From an uncultured delta proteobacterium (GTDB taxonomy: Bacteria; Desulfobacterota; Desulfobacteria; Desulfobacterales; JAHEIW01), in the NCBI GenBank assembly GCA_963706575.1, contig CAVPNL010000004.1:448001-512000 (forward strand): a DNA stretch of 64,000 nt, given 5' to 3'. Positions 9,845 to 19,362 of this stretch are shown here, piece after piece. Positions within the stretch are counted from its first letter, which is position 1; each line of letters begins with the position of its first letter. The notes beneath the pieces were generated by a model, which was given only the letters and a program-made list of their open reading frames with translations, did not search any database and was not told where the DNA came from. The translations under genes were made by a program, and so were the position numbers.

Positions 9845-9849
9845 GGGTC

Positions 9850-9966
9850 GTTTTATTGGTTCTATTTGTTTTATCGGTTTGATTGGTTTGACGGAAAATG
9901 AAGATTGTCTGAGGCGGCAGAGCTATTAACCAATTAAACCAATTCAACCAATCAAACTAATTAAAC
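9850..9966. repeat. Inverted pair of 9-mer arrays (GTTTTATTG / TAAACCAAT), empty
   Basis: gttttattg gttctattt gttttatcg gtttgattg gtttg (9850-9890) and ttaaccaat taaaccaat tcaaccaat caaactaat taaac (9926-9966). Confidence 0.9.
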
Positions 9967-10050
9967 ATTAATATACAATTTAGGCATCAACGAACGGGCA
10001 ATTTGCATCTCGTACCGTTGAATGATATTTAAAGAACTTTTGGAGGAACG

Positions 10051-10398
10051 ATGGAAAAGATACAGCAAATTGAAAAAGAACAAATGCGATTGGACCACCC
10101 TGATTTTGGACCGGGCGATAATGTCAAGGTCCACGTAAAAATAAGAGAAGGTGAAAAAGAACGTATCCAGGTTTTTCAGGGCGTGGTCATCAGCAAGCGC
10201 AAAGGTGGTACAAATGCGACGTTTACCGTCCGCAAGGTTTCCTACGGTGTCGGTGTAGAGCGAATTTTCCCGCTGCACTCGCCGGCTCTCGATAAAATCG
10301 AGGTGGTTACGCGGGGCCGTGTCCGGCGGGCAAAAATCTACTACCTGCGCAAACTTAGAGGAAAGGCTGCCAGGATCAAAGAACGTCGATTAACTTAA
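10051..10398 (+). CDS. rplS: 50S ribosomal protein L19
   Basis: [51 protein letters not shown]. Confidence 0.98.
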   Translation: MEKIQQIEKEQMRLDHPDFGPGDNVKVHVKIREGEKERIQVFQGVVISKRKGGTNATFTVRKVSYGVGVERIFPLHSPALDKIEVVTRGRVRRAKIYYLRKLRGKAARIKERRLT

Positions 10399-10423
10399 AA
10401 CACAAGACGGCCAATAAGGACTG

Positions 10424-10487
10424 AAGTCGGAAATCGGAAAAATGAAGATCGCACTTTCGACTTCCGCATTCCGAATTCAGAATTCCA
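10424..10487. repeat. Short inverted heptamer pair (AAGTCGG / CTTCCGA family)
   Basis: aagtcgg aaatcgg aa (from 10424) and actttcg acttccg cattccg aattcag aattcc (to ~10487). Confidence 0.65.
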
Positions 10488-10489
10488 AG

Positions 10490-11092
10490 ATGGATTTGTG
10501 GTTTTTCGAAAAAAAAGCCACTGAAAAAGGTTATAAAGAGATTGCCGGTATTGACGAGGCCGGCCGGGGTCCTCTGGCCGGTCCTGTTGTTTCTGCGGCT
10601 GTAATCCTACCGCCCGCTTTCTCGGTCGCCGATGTCACCGATTCTAAAAAACTGTCTGCTAAAAAACGTGTTCGGCTGTATCAAGAAATTTATTCGCATG
10701 CAGTTTCGGTGGGCATCGGTATCGTTGATCCGGTTGAAATCGACCGTATCAATATCCTGCAGGCTTCATTACTGGCCATGTCCATGGCGACGAATAATTT
10801 ACGGCCCCAGCCCGAGTGCCTGCTAATCGACGGGCCATTTCGGATTCCATCCCATCTACCTCAGAAACCCATCGCCAAAGGAGACACGTTGAGTGTTTCC
10901 ATCGCCGCTGCATCGATTGTGGCCAAGGTCACCCGTGACCGGCTGATGGAAAGGTATAGCGAATACTATCCGCAATTCGGTTTTTCCCAGCACAAAGGGT
11001 ACCCGACCCGGGCCCATAAGGAAGCCATCCGTAAATTTGGATATTGTCCGATTCATAGACGGAGTTTCAAAGGCGTCAAAGAATACCTCTGA
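10490..11092 (+). CDS. rnhB: Ribonuclease HII
   Basis: GIDEAGRGPLAGPV, DSKKL, SIAAASIVAKVTRD, HKGYPT. Start taken at ATG 10490; the upstream extension is repeat-derived. Confidence 0.97.
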   Translation: MDLWFFEKKATEKGYKEIAGIDEAGRGPLAGPVVSAAVILPPAFSVADVTDSKKLSAKKRVRLYQEIYSHAVSVGIGIVDPVEIDRINILQASLLAMSMATNNLRPQPECLLIDGPFRIPSHLPQKPIAKGDTLSVSIAAASIVAKVTRDRLMERYSEYYPQFGFSQHKGYPTRAHKEAIRKFGYCPIHRRSFKGVKEYL

Positions 11093-11233
11093 ATTACTTT
11101 AAAATACCCATCTATCGGCCGAGGGTGGTGTTGCTCGTCACCGAAAGCGGCTAACGTACTACAAGTACGCGGCGCCGTTTTCGCCTCCTCCCGCCTAACC
11201 CTCGACCAATATCTGTGCATTTTAAAGCAATTC
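11091..11233. mobile_element. MITE-like long palindromic element, 143 bp
   Basis: Terminal inverted repeats gaattactttaaaat / attttaaagcaattc (14/15). Nested stems gagggt/accctc and cgaaagcggc/gccgttttcg; central hairpin cgtact-aca-agtacg. Confidence 0.75.
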
Positions 11234-11345
11234 AAACTATTTGTTAAATTATAAATTTCATTTGATACGCCATATGATATAGGTGTAAATTAAGTTAGGT
11301 AATCACAATCAAAATCCTTACAACTAAAACACAAAATATCTGAAA

Positions 11346-11717
11346 ATGGGAAATCGACGACAAAAATTTGGTGAGAAAGGAGAAGCGCTTGCGGTTCAAC
11401 GGTTGAAAAAAGCGGGTTATAAAATCATTAAAACCAATTATCGCACCCAACTGGGTGAAATCGACATTATTGCGAAAGAAAAAGATACCATCGTTTTTGT
11501 AGAGGTAAAATCCAGACGCTCGGTCCAATTCGGCAATCCCAAGCAGGCAGTAACGCTTCAAAAACAGAAAAAAATATCAATGGTTGCCCTTTATTATCTG
11601 AAGGCCACCAACCAGAGCACCGCCAAAGCCAGATTTGATGTCGTGACCGTAATTTCAAATCGGGACACGCCTCAGGTTGAAATCATTAAGAATGCCTTTG
11701 AACTCGCCTATGTCTGA
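11346..11717 (+). CDS. yraN: YraN family (UPF0102) protein
   Basis: GEKGEALA, NYRTQLGEIDIIA, VFVEVKSR, RFDVV. Confidence 0.94.
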   Translation: MGNRRQKFGEKGEALAVQRLKKAGYKIIKTNYRTQLGEIDIIAKEKDTIVFVEVKSRRSVQFGNPKQAVTLQKQKKISMVALYYLKATNQSTAKARFDVVTVISNRDTPQVEIIKNAFELAYV

Positions 11718-12582
11718 TCCGACCAAAACGGAAACATTCGGAGTGCTCTATGTGGTGGCCACCCCCATTGGCAACCGGGAGGACATCACCTTGAGGGCGC
11801 TTGATATTCTAAGGGCAGTCGATCTGATTGCCGCCGAAGATACCCGCAAATCCGGCAGCCTTCTGGCCCACTACCAGATTAAAAATCGCCTGATTTCATT
11901 CCATGAGCATAACGAAAACAAGCGAACCCCGGAACTGGTCGGCAAACTTTTAGGCGGAATGACCATCGCGCTGGTATCCAATGCCGGCACACCATTGGTT
12001 TCCGATCCCGGCTATCGTTTGATAGAAGCTGCCATTGCGAATAAAATCACGGTGACCCCGATTCCCGGGGTAACCGCCGCCACAGCTGCCATGAGCGTTT
12101 CCGGGCTGCCCACCGATTCCTTTGTGTTTGTTGGATTTGCCCTTAAAAAAAAGGCAAAACGGCTGAAATTCCTTACTGAACTGAGTGGTGAGCCCCGGCC
12201 GCTGATTTTCTATGAATCTCCCAAACGAATTCTATCTCTAATGGAAGAAATTATCTCCTGTATGGGCGATCGCAATGCAATGCTGGCCCGGGAAATGACC
12301 AAACTGCATGAAGAATTTGTAAGGGGAACCCTGTCGCAAATCTTAAAAACCGTCAGGGCCCGGTCGGTCTTTAAAGGGGAATGCACCCTTCTGGTTGCGG
12401 GCGGCAAAACCTCAGAGCAGATTGACGCTGAAATGGTTAAAGCCGAGATAAAAGCAGCATTACAAAATGATCAAAAGGGTCTCTCCCAAATTGCCCGGAC
12501 CATTGCCAAAAAATATGGCCTTCCGAAAAATGAGATCTATGATCTTGCATTAAAAATCAGAGGTCAGAAGTCAGAGGAGTGA
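11710..12582 (+). CDS. rsmI: 16S rRNA (C1402) 2'-O-methyltransferase RsmI
   Basis: LYVVATPIGNREDIT, AAEDTR, AGTPLVSDPG, FYESPKR, AREMTKLHEE. Confidence 0.96.
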   Translation: MSDPTKTETFGVLYVVATPIGNREDITLRALDILRAVDLIAAEDTRKSGSLLAHYQIKNRLISFHEHNENKRTPELVGKLLGGMTIALVSNAGTPLVSDPGYRLIEAAIANKITVTPIPGVTAATAAMSVSGLPTDSFVFVGFALKKKAKRLKFLTELSGEPRPLIFYESPKRILSLMEEIISCMGDRNAMLAREMTKLHEEFVRGTLSQILKTVRARSVFKGECTLLVAGGKTSEQIDAEMVKAEIKAALQNDQKGLSQIARTIAKKYGLPKNEIYDLALKIRGQKSEE

Positions 12583-12860
12583 TGACAGAGGACAGATCCA
12601 AGTGATTGCGGATTTCAGATTGCGGATTGCGGATTGTGGGGGATAGACGGAAATATGGCATTTTATCCGGCATCTTGGCATAAATTAAATCAGATAAATC
12701 GAAGGTCGCATTATGCTTTTTTATACATTACTCCAGCACTCCAATTCAGCCGCCGTTGCCAAAGGCTACTATGGCGAAGTCGTTTAAGCTATTACTTCAG
12801 AATTAAAGATATTTAATAATTATGGTCCCAATCCAAAATCCGCAATCCGCAATCCGCAAT
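12557..12860. repeat. Compound repeat junction: TCAGAGG array, then an inverted GATTGCG/CAATCCG pair enclosing other repeat remnants
   Basis: tcagagg tcagaag tcagagg (from 12557); gattgcg gatttca gattgcg gattgcg gattgtg (12604-12638); caatcca aaatccg caatccg caatccg caat (12829-12860). Confidence 0.9.
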
Positions 12861-13421
12861 AAGGTCATTTACCCTGTAATCTTAGCGGTACCGGATGCGA
12901 TTAAGGCGCTAACGCCGAAGGAACGCGTCAAATTCCTCAGCCGACATGCCCGGCGTGCCCTCGAGATGTCTGCTGAAAAAAGCCGCATTCGCCTCGACGC
13001 GCTTGCACAGGATGAACGCAACGCCCCCCTGCCTTTCAACGGTACGTACTGGTCGATTACCCACAAAAATGAATATGTCGGCGGGGTGGTCTGCCCGTCG
13101 CCGACCGGCATTGATATTGAAAAAATCTGCCCGCGCGCAAAATCTCTGTTTCGAAAAACCGCTGATGAAGCCGAATGGGCATTGGCCGATAAGACGTTCA
13201 CGACGTTTTTCCGCTACTGGACGGCAAAAGAAGCGGTATTGAAGACTGCCGGTATCGGCCTGAGAGACCTTTCAAAATGCCGGATTCGCAGGGTCCGGGA
13301 CCCGCACCATCTCGATCTGGCATACGATGGTAACAATTGGCGGATCGAGCACCATTTCTTTAACAACCATATTGCATCCATTGTTAAAAACGACTTTTTG
13401 ATCGAATGGACAGTTGCATAA
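12822..13421 (+). CDS. 4'-phosphopantetheinyl transferase superfamily protein (Sfp-like)
   Basis: YWSITHK, GIDIE, FFRYWTAKEAVLKTAGIGL. Confidence 0.9.
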   Translation: MVPIQNPQSAIRNKVIYPVILAVPDAIKALTPKERVKFLSRHARRALEMSAEKSRIRLDALAQDERNAPLPFNGTYWSITHKNEYVGGVVCPSPTGIDIEKICPRAKSLFRKTADEAEWALADKTFTTFFRYWTAKEAVLKTAGIGLRDLSKCRIRRVRDPHHLDLAYDGNNWRIEHHFFNNHIASIVKNDFLIEWTVA

Positions 13422-13561
13422 GGCCGCAACAAATAATTAGAACCCATATCACAACTGGCAGAGACATCACTTACCTCTAAGACCTTATCAATCAACACTA
13501 TAACCAATTGAAATAATATGATATATAAAACTTAATCCATTTCAGCCAAGATGGAATTTTT

Positions 13562-13590
13562 TTGACTTTTGGCCGGTGATGAGCTATAAA
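13562..13590 (+). promoter_or_regulatory. Putative sigma70 promoter of the ParM-like gene
   Basis: TTGACT-N17-TATAAA, about 55 bp before ATG 13645. Confidence 0.55.
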
Positions 13591-13644
13591 TTTATAAGAT
13601 GCATTTTAACCTGAGGGTCTTCCCCCAGGTTAAGGGAGGATAAA

Positions 13645-14769
13645 ATGGAAGTTCTGGGTATTGATATCGGTTTCGGATTCACAAAAGCCACCAACGGCAA
13701 AGAAACCAAGATTTTTAAGTCGATATTTGGTGACGCGGCCGAAATCCAGTTTTGGGCGGATTTCGGTGAAAGCGCCAGCACAGATCACATTCATGTCACC
13801 ATTGATGGCAAATCTTATTTTGTCGGCGACCTTGCCGAACAACAGTCGAGTGTTTTGAATTTCACTCTGGACCAGGAGCGACTGATTGCCGATTATGTCA
13901 GAATTCTGGCCTTAACGGTTGCGGGACTTTTCTTTAATAATAGTACCCCCATCAATGTGCCCATCAACGTCGTCTCCGGATTGCCCATTGGTTATTTTAA
14001 ACAAAATCATGAACGCTTTAATGAAATTTTAACCGGTCATCACAGCGTGACCTATCACTCCCATAACGGCGGCAAGCATACCCGGGAAATTTATATCAAC
14101 AAGGTCCGCATGTTGCCTCAACCTTTGGGCAGCATTTTAAATCAGTTGATGGATAATGAAGGTAAAATAACAAATGAAGAGCTGGCCACCCAGAAGGTGG
14201 GCGTGGTCGATATCGGGTTTCGCACCACCGATTTCACGATCCTCGATCATCTGCGCTATATTGATCGCGGCAGCCGTACCGCTGATACCGGTATTTCAAA
14301 GGGATTCAGTGTGATTTCAAATAAGCTGAGAGAAAAATGCGGTGTCAGTGTCGAGCTTTACCGCTTATACAAAGCCGCTGAGGAAGGCACCATAAAGATG
14401 CGGGGACATGGTTTCTCTTTTGAAAAAATCAGGGATCAGGTCTATTCCCAGCTGGCTTCAACCATCGCCAACGATCTTGACCGACTCTGGGCCGATGACT
14501 GGGATATCGATACCATCATCCTTACCGGTGGGGGCTGCCGGGAGCTGGCCAAGTATCTTCACCCGCTCATTACCGGAAACGTCATACCGATTGATTCAAA
14601 TACCGACCCGCGTCTCAACAATGTCCTTGGCTATGCCAAGTACGGCAGGTATATCTGGGGAGAAGCGTCTAACGAAAATCCGGCTGCAAAATCAGCCGGT
14701 GAGCCGAATCCCGAACCGGCATCTGAAGAAATCGAAACCATCGATGAGAATGAATTATCCCAGGTCTAA
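13645..14769 (+). CDS. ParM/StbA family actin-like ATPase
   Basis: Phosphate-1 LGIDIGFGFTK, VVSGLP, PQP, phosphate-2 VVDIGFRTTD, adenosine motif ILTGGG, NVLGY; acidic C-terminal tail. Confidence 0.88.
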   Translation: MEVLGIDIGFGFTKATNGKETKIFKSIFGDAAEIQFWADFGESASTDHIHVTIDGKSYFVGDLAEQQSSVLNFTLDQERLIADYVRILALTVAGLFFNNSTPINVPINVVSGLPIGYFKQNHERFNEILTGHHSVTYHSHNGGKHTREIYINKVRMLPQPLGSILNQLMDNEGKITNEELATQKVGVVDIGFRTTDFTILDHLRYIDRGSRTADTGISKGFSVISNKLREKCGVSVELYRLYKAAEEGTIKMRGHGFSFEKIRDQVYSQLASTIANDLDRLWADDWDIDTIILTGGGCRELAKYLHPLITGNVIPIDSNTDPRLNNVLGYAKYGRYIWGEASNENPAAKSAGEPNPEPASEEIETIDENELSQV

Positions 14770-14788
14770 CCCACCTAAAATTTTGAGA

Positions 14789-15478
14789 TTACATCTTTAG
14801 ACCGAAATTTTTCAGGGTTTGTTTCAATGGCCGGCCGAACAAAAAATCAAGCATTTCCACGTCCAGTCCGCCCCGGGATACAACCAGTTTCCGAATTTCA
14901 ATATCAAATTGAATGATTTCCGCAAGTTTCTGCCGGGCTTCACCCCCTTTGCCGCTGTTTATCGCGTGCACCAGTTTCTGAATGGTTTCGTAATTGCAGC
15001 GCGCCTGATGGTCTTTTATTATGCCCCACAGCCCTTCGATATCAGCGATTAGGTCTTTGCGCTTGAGGCGCTTTCGGGCATACAGCTCTTCAAGCGCTTC
15101 GGTATCCCAGCATTTGAGTGCGCGACATTCAATCGGCCGGTTTTCATAGATGGTGCAGGCGTTTTGTTTTTCATCAAAGAGAATACAAGTCCAGCTCTCA
15201 CCTTTGCCTTTTAACTTTATAACATCGGAACTGACCGGCTCCAGACACTGTCTGACGTTGTCATATGCCATTTCACCCTTGCGGATGGTATAAAGATATT
15301 TTGAATGGATCACGCCCTTTTCAATCAGCGCTTTATCGGCGCGGTGAAATGACGGTCCGCCCTTCTTACAGCAGGTGCCGCAGCGACGGCATTCTGAAAT
15401 GGGCTCTTCCTTCCCGGCTTCAGCCGTCCCTTTGGATTCATTTTTTTTATTTTGTGAATCTGAGTTCATAGTGAACAT
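14789..15478 (-). CDS. YkgJ family cysteine cluster (CxxCxxCC) protein
   Basis: CRRCGTCC and CTIYENRPIEC motifs. Confidence 0.88.
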   Translation of the reverse strand: MFTMNSDSQNKKNESKGTAEAGKEEPISECRRCGTCCKKGGPSFHRADKALIEKGVIHSKYLYTIRKGEMAYDNVRQCLEPVSSDVIKLKGKGESWTCILFDEKQNACTIYENRPIECRALKCWDTEALEELYARKRLKRKDLIADIEGLWGIIKDHQARCNYETIQKLVHAINSGKGGEARQKLAEIIQFDIEIRKLVVSRGGLDVEMLDFLFGRPLKQTLKNFGLKM

Positions 15479-15608
15479 ATATCAAAGCAGGCACGAATTC
15501 ACAATTTCATTCGGAAAGCATAAAAAGGGTATTTGATTAACCAAAGGATTTGCATTATCATATTGATGAATTCGTTTAAAGATTTAACCTCATGGTTTCC
15601 AAATTATC

Positions 15609-16190
15609 ATGCCGCGACCCCATCAGAAAATAAAAAACTTGATCCTGCATGTCGAACAGCTCAAGGATAAGGAATTTCATCATGAATTTGAAGAAAGTCC
15701 ACAGGTCTTTCCAATAATCAACGAAATGGAAAAAAAACAGGAGTGCGAATTCCTCAAGCCTCTAAACATCCGTTTAAAGGCATTTAGAGTGAGAGAGCTT
15801 TATGAGGTGCAGGGAACACTGCAGACCAGCATTCGCCTACCCTGCAGCCGCTGTCTGAAAGACTTTGATACTCCATTGGCATCCGACTTCGAGTTAACCT
15901 ACACCAAAGAAATGCCGGGTCTTATGGATATTTTCGATGAGGAAGAGATCGAGGTAAGGGTTGAGGAAATCGGAATGATCTATTTCAAAGGGGAAGAGAT
16001 CAATCTTCAGCAGGGGATCCAGGAACAGGTTGTGATGGCATTTCCCTTGCAGCCATTATGCGATGAAAACTGCAAGGGCCTTTGCCCGAATTGCGGGTCG
16101 GATCTCAACCAGGGAGATTGCGGATGTAAGCGGGAGCCCGGCTCTAATAAATTTGCGGTTCTAAAAAATTTAAAGCTGGATAAACCTTAA
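15609..16190 (+). CDS. DUF177 / YceD family protein
   Basis: CSRCL and PLCDENCKGLCPNCGSDLNQGDCGC..FAVLKNLK. Confidence 0.92.
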   Translation: MPRPHQKIKNLILHVEQLKDKEFHHEFEESPQVFPIINEMEKKQECEFLKPLNIRLKAFRVRELYEVQGTLQTSIRLPCSRCLKDFDTPLASDFELTYTKEMPGLMDIFDEEEIEVRVEEIGMIYFKGEEINLQQGIQEQVVMAFPLQPLCDENCKGLCPNCGSDLNQGDCGCKREPGSNKFAVLKNLKLDKP

Positions 16191-16230
16191 AGCCTGGCAC
16201 ATGCGAGCTGCAGCCAAACTGAATTTATTT

Positions 16231-16308
16231 ACCACGAAAGCGAAAACACGAAAAGATAAAAACATATATTTAATTTCGTGGTTCCCTAATTTCGTGGTTT
16301 CGTGGTTA
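16231..16308. repeat. Inverted pair of 8-mer arrays (CCACGAAA / TTTCGTGG), empty
   Basis: accacgaaagcgaaaacacgaaa (16231-16253) and tttcgtgg...tttcgtggtttcgtggtta (16274-16308). Confidence 0.8.
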
Positions 16309-16379
16309 TATTTTCAATTTCACAAGCGTATACAAATATTTCATCCTTAGGGCACTAAACAATTTTTCATTAACATCGC

Positions 16380-17276
16380 ATGGCTGATACCCAAAAATAT
16401 TCAAGGAAAATCCTGCGTCATCCGGGCAGATTTATGTGGCGGGTGCTGAAAGGATTTAAACGCAATCAGGGTTTACTTCTTTCCGGAGGCGTTGCCTACA
16501 ATTCCCTGTTGTCTATTATCCCCATGCTGGCCCTGATTTTAATCGGTCTTTCCCAATTTATTGAGCAGGAAAAATTATTAGAAATCATCATAAGGGAGCT
16601 GGAATTAATTGTCCCCGGTCATGCGGAAAAAATAGCGGTTGAAGTGGTGGCCTTTCTGCAATATCGCCAGTTTGTCGGCATTATCGGTATCGGCGTCATG
16701 CTGTTTTTCAGCTCCATGGCCTTTACCATGCTGGAAAACGCCATGGCGGTCATCTTTTACCACCGTATCAAAACCCACCGGCGCCATTTTCTGATCTCCG
16801 CAATCATCCCCTATGTCTACATGATTTTAATGGGGGTCGGCATTGTGATCGTAACGGTCATTGCCGGTGTGCTGGACGCGATCGAAGGCGAAACCCTGAC
16901 CATCTTCGGCAAAAGCTTTGGTCTCGCATGGGCTTCCGGGATCGGGCTTTACCTGGTGGGGATCGCAGGCTTGATATTAATGCTGACGTCTTTGTATCTC
17001 GTCATGCCGGTCGGACAAATCACCATTCGCCATGCGCTTCTGGGCGGGACCACCGCCGCTATTCTGTGGGAGATCACCCGGCATGTGCTGGTCTGGTATT
17101 TCGCAAAACTTTCCCTGGTCAGTATCATATACGGTTCCTTTGCAACTGCCGTAGTGGTGCTGCTCAGTATTGAAATCGCCTCGATTATCTTCCTTTTAGG
17201 CGCCCAGGTGATCGCCGAATTTGAACGCGCCACCGAAGAGTTGGCCGAAAAAGAAAACGCAAAACTTCAAACATAA
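16380..17276 (+). CDS. YihY/virulence factor BrkB family membrane protein
   Basis: VAYNSLLSIIP, IYGSFATAVVVL, FLLGAQV; multiple transmembrane segments. Confidence 0.9.
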   Translation: MADTQKYSRKILRHPGRFMWRVLKGFKRNQGLLLSGGVAYNSLLSIIPMLALILIGLSQFIEQEKLLEIIIRELELIVPGHAEKIAVEVVAFLQYRQFVGIIGIGVMLFFSSMAFTMLENAMAVIFYHRIKTHRRHFLISAIIPYVYMILMGVGIVIVTVIAGVLDAIEGETLTIFGKSFGLAWASGIGLYLVGIAGLILMLTSLYLVMPVGQITIRHALLGGTTAAILWEITRHVLVWYFAKLSLVSIIYGSFATAVVVLLSIEIASIIFLLGAQVIAEFERATEELAEKENAKLQT

Positions 17277-17563
17277 AAATAAGTTAATGCCAAGCAGTTT
17301 ACATTCATAGCGGCTCACCGTTCTTTTATTTAACAAATCTACCCGCCAAACCGTCTATGTGCCCATCTATTCCCATATTTACAGCGGCCTGGGAACCCGT
17401 TTAGCCTGGCCGCCACACTCAGCATCCGCAATGCGGCCTGCGACGAGCTCAGCCGAGTCGATAGCGGCAATTAATGGTTTACATTAACCGGCATCTTGGG
17501 TTAAAAGACTTAGCTGAAACAGACCAACAGAAGACAACCCGAATTCGTGACGAGGTTATTGTT

Positions 17564-19207
17564 ATGCTATCGAAATTATTTAACAAAAAATCTTTTAAAA
17601 ACGGTTGTGGCATTTTTCGCAACCGGTTGGTTTGCGGTATGGTCGCTGCGATCTTTTTGATCACCGGATGCAGCATGGTCGGGCCGGATTTTGTAAAACC
17701 TGAGGCACCGGTGGAGACCGAATGGCTGGAAGCCCGCGATCCGGAAATAAAAACCGCGCCTTCAGACTACAAAGCATGGTGGTCGGCATTCAATGATCCG
17801 GTGCTCGATAGCCTGGTTGAGAACGCCTATCAGCAGAACCTGCCGTTGCAGATTTCCGGAATTCGAATTCTTCAGGCCCGTGCCCAGCTAGGTGTGATCG
17901 CCGGCAATATCTATCCCCAGCAGCAACAGGGAAGAGGCGGCGCCAATTATAATCGAATTAGCGAAAATGCCCCCAATAGCATAGGGGCTGATGATTCCTT
18001 CTGGCAATATGATGCCGGCTTCGATGTTGCCTGGGAACTGGATATCTGGGGAAAATTCCGGCGCGCGATTGAGTCCGGTGTGGCAAATCTGGAAGCGTCC
18101 ATCGCGGACTATGACGACGTTCTGATTTCGTTAACCGCCGAGGTGGCCCGCACGTATGTTCTGCTGCGTACATTTGAAGAACGCCTCGAGATTGCAAGAG
18201 AAAATGTGAAAATCCAGGGGCGCTCCCTGGAAATCGCCGAAATCCGCTTCAAGGCCGGAGCAGTTACCGAGTTGGACGTGGTGCAGGCCAAATCGTTGTT
18301 AAAAAATACCGAGGCATCTATTCCGCGGTTTGAAGCCGGCGTCCGTCAGGCCAAAAATGCCCTGGCCATCCTGCTGGGCCGGTTACCGGGGCAGATCGAT
18401 CACCTGATCGGCGGCGCCAAGCTTATTCCCAAAGCACCGCCGGAAATCGTGGTCGACGTTCCGGCGGAATTGTTGCGCCGCAGGCCCGATATTCAGCTGG
18501 CTGAATATCAAATTGCCTCCCAGACCCCATTGATCGGGGTATCTAAAGCCGACTTATTTCCAAGCTTTCAGCTGTTCGGCTCTTTTGGGCTGCTCACCAG
18601 CAGTTCCAGAAACACCAAGTCCGGCGGCCAAAGCGGCAGCAGTTTCAGCGACCTTTTTGAAGCCGACAGCTTTGAATTTTTCGGCGGGCCGTCTATTCGC
18701 TGGAACCTGTTTAACTATGGCCGCATCAATAACCAGGTGCGTGTGGAAGATGCCCTTTTACAGCAGCTGATTGTCAACTATGAAGACACCGTGCTCAGAG
18801 CGCATCAGGAAGTGGAAGATTCGATGATCGGCTTCTTACGGAAGCAGCAGGAAGCCGGATTTTTAATGGACAGTGTTAAAGCCTCCCAACGGTCGGTGGA
18901 TCTTTCAATGCTTCAGTACAAAGAAGGCCAGGTCGATTACCAGCGTGTGTTGAGTTCTCAGCGGTCTTTAGCAGACCAGCAGGATGTGTGGACGGCAGCC
19001 CGCGGTAGTGCCATTGTCAATCTGATTGCCATGTATAAAGCGCTGGGTGGCGGCTGGCAGATCCGTGAAGGACAAAATTTTGTCTCCAAAGATAATATAG
19101 AACAAATGGAAAAACGCACCAACTGGGGAGACTTGCTCGAACCGAAAGCACTGGTAACACCGGCCTCTGCTAAGGAACGCCAGCAGTGGCGCTGGCCCGA
19201 TTGGTAA
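17564..19207 (+). CDS. Efflux transporter outer membrane lipoprotein (NodT/OprM, TolC family)
   Basis: Lipobox ITGC, VGPDF..P, WELDIWGK, PAELLRRRPDI, LIAMYKALGGGW. Start taken at 17564 (GAGG RBS). Confidence 0.92.
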   Translation: MLSKLFNKKSFKNGCGIFRNRLVCGMVAAIFLITGCSMVGPDFVKPEAPVETEWLEARDPEIKTAPSDYKAWWSAFNDPVLDSLVENAYQQNLPLQISGIRILQARAQLGVIAGNIYPQQQQGRGGANYNRISENAPNSIGADDSFWQYDAGFDVAWELDIWGKFRRAIESGVANLEASIADYDDVLISLTAEVARTYVLLRTFEERLEIARENVKIQGRSLEIAEIRFKAGAVTELDVVQAKSLLKNTEASIPRFEAGVRQAKNALAILLGRLPGQIDHLIGGAKLIPKAPPEIVVDVPAELLRRRPDIQLAEYQIASQTPLIGVSKADLFPSFQLFGSFGLLTSSSRNTKSGGQSGSSFSDLFEADSFEFFGGPSIRWNLFNYGRINNQVRVEDALLQQLIVNYEDTVLRAHQEVEDSMIGFLRKQQEAGFLMDSVKASQRSVDLSMLQYKEGQVDYQRVLSSQRSLADQQDVWTAARGSAIVNLIAMYKALGGGWQIREGQNFVSKDNIEQMEKRTNWGDLLEPKALVTPASAKERQQWRWPDW

Positions 19208-19362
19208 ATCCTCGAGAGGTTAGTTCTTTAGACTGGACAAACAAAATTCAGTCGATTTTTCTTGAACGTCAATTTGTGCGGCTTACTTGTTTCATGGTCA
19301 TACAAGGCCATGGAAAATTGTAATAAAGTTCTAAAATGCACTGATAGGAAAGGATTGAAACA

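Noticed and set aside
17427..17462. Short gcgacgagctcagccgagtcg palindrome-like motif
   Set aside because: Single degenerate copy in the window; too little evidence to call a repeat family.
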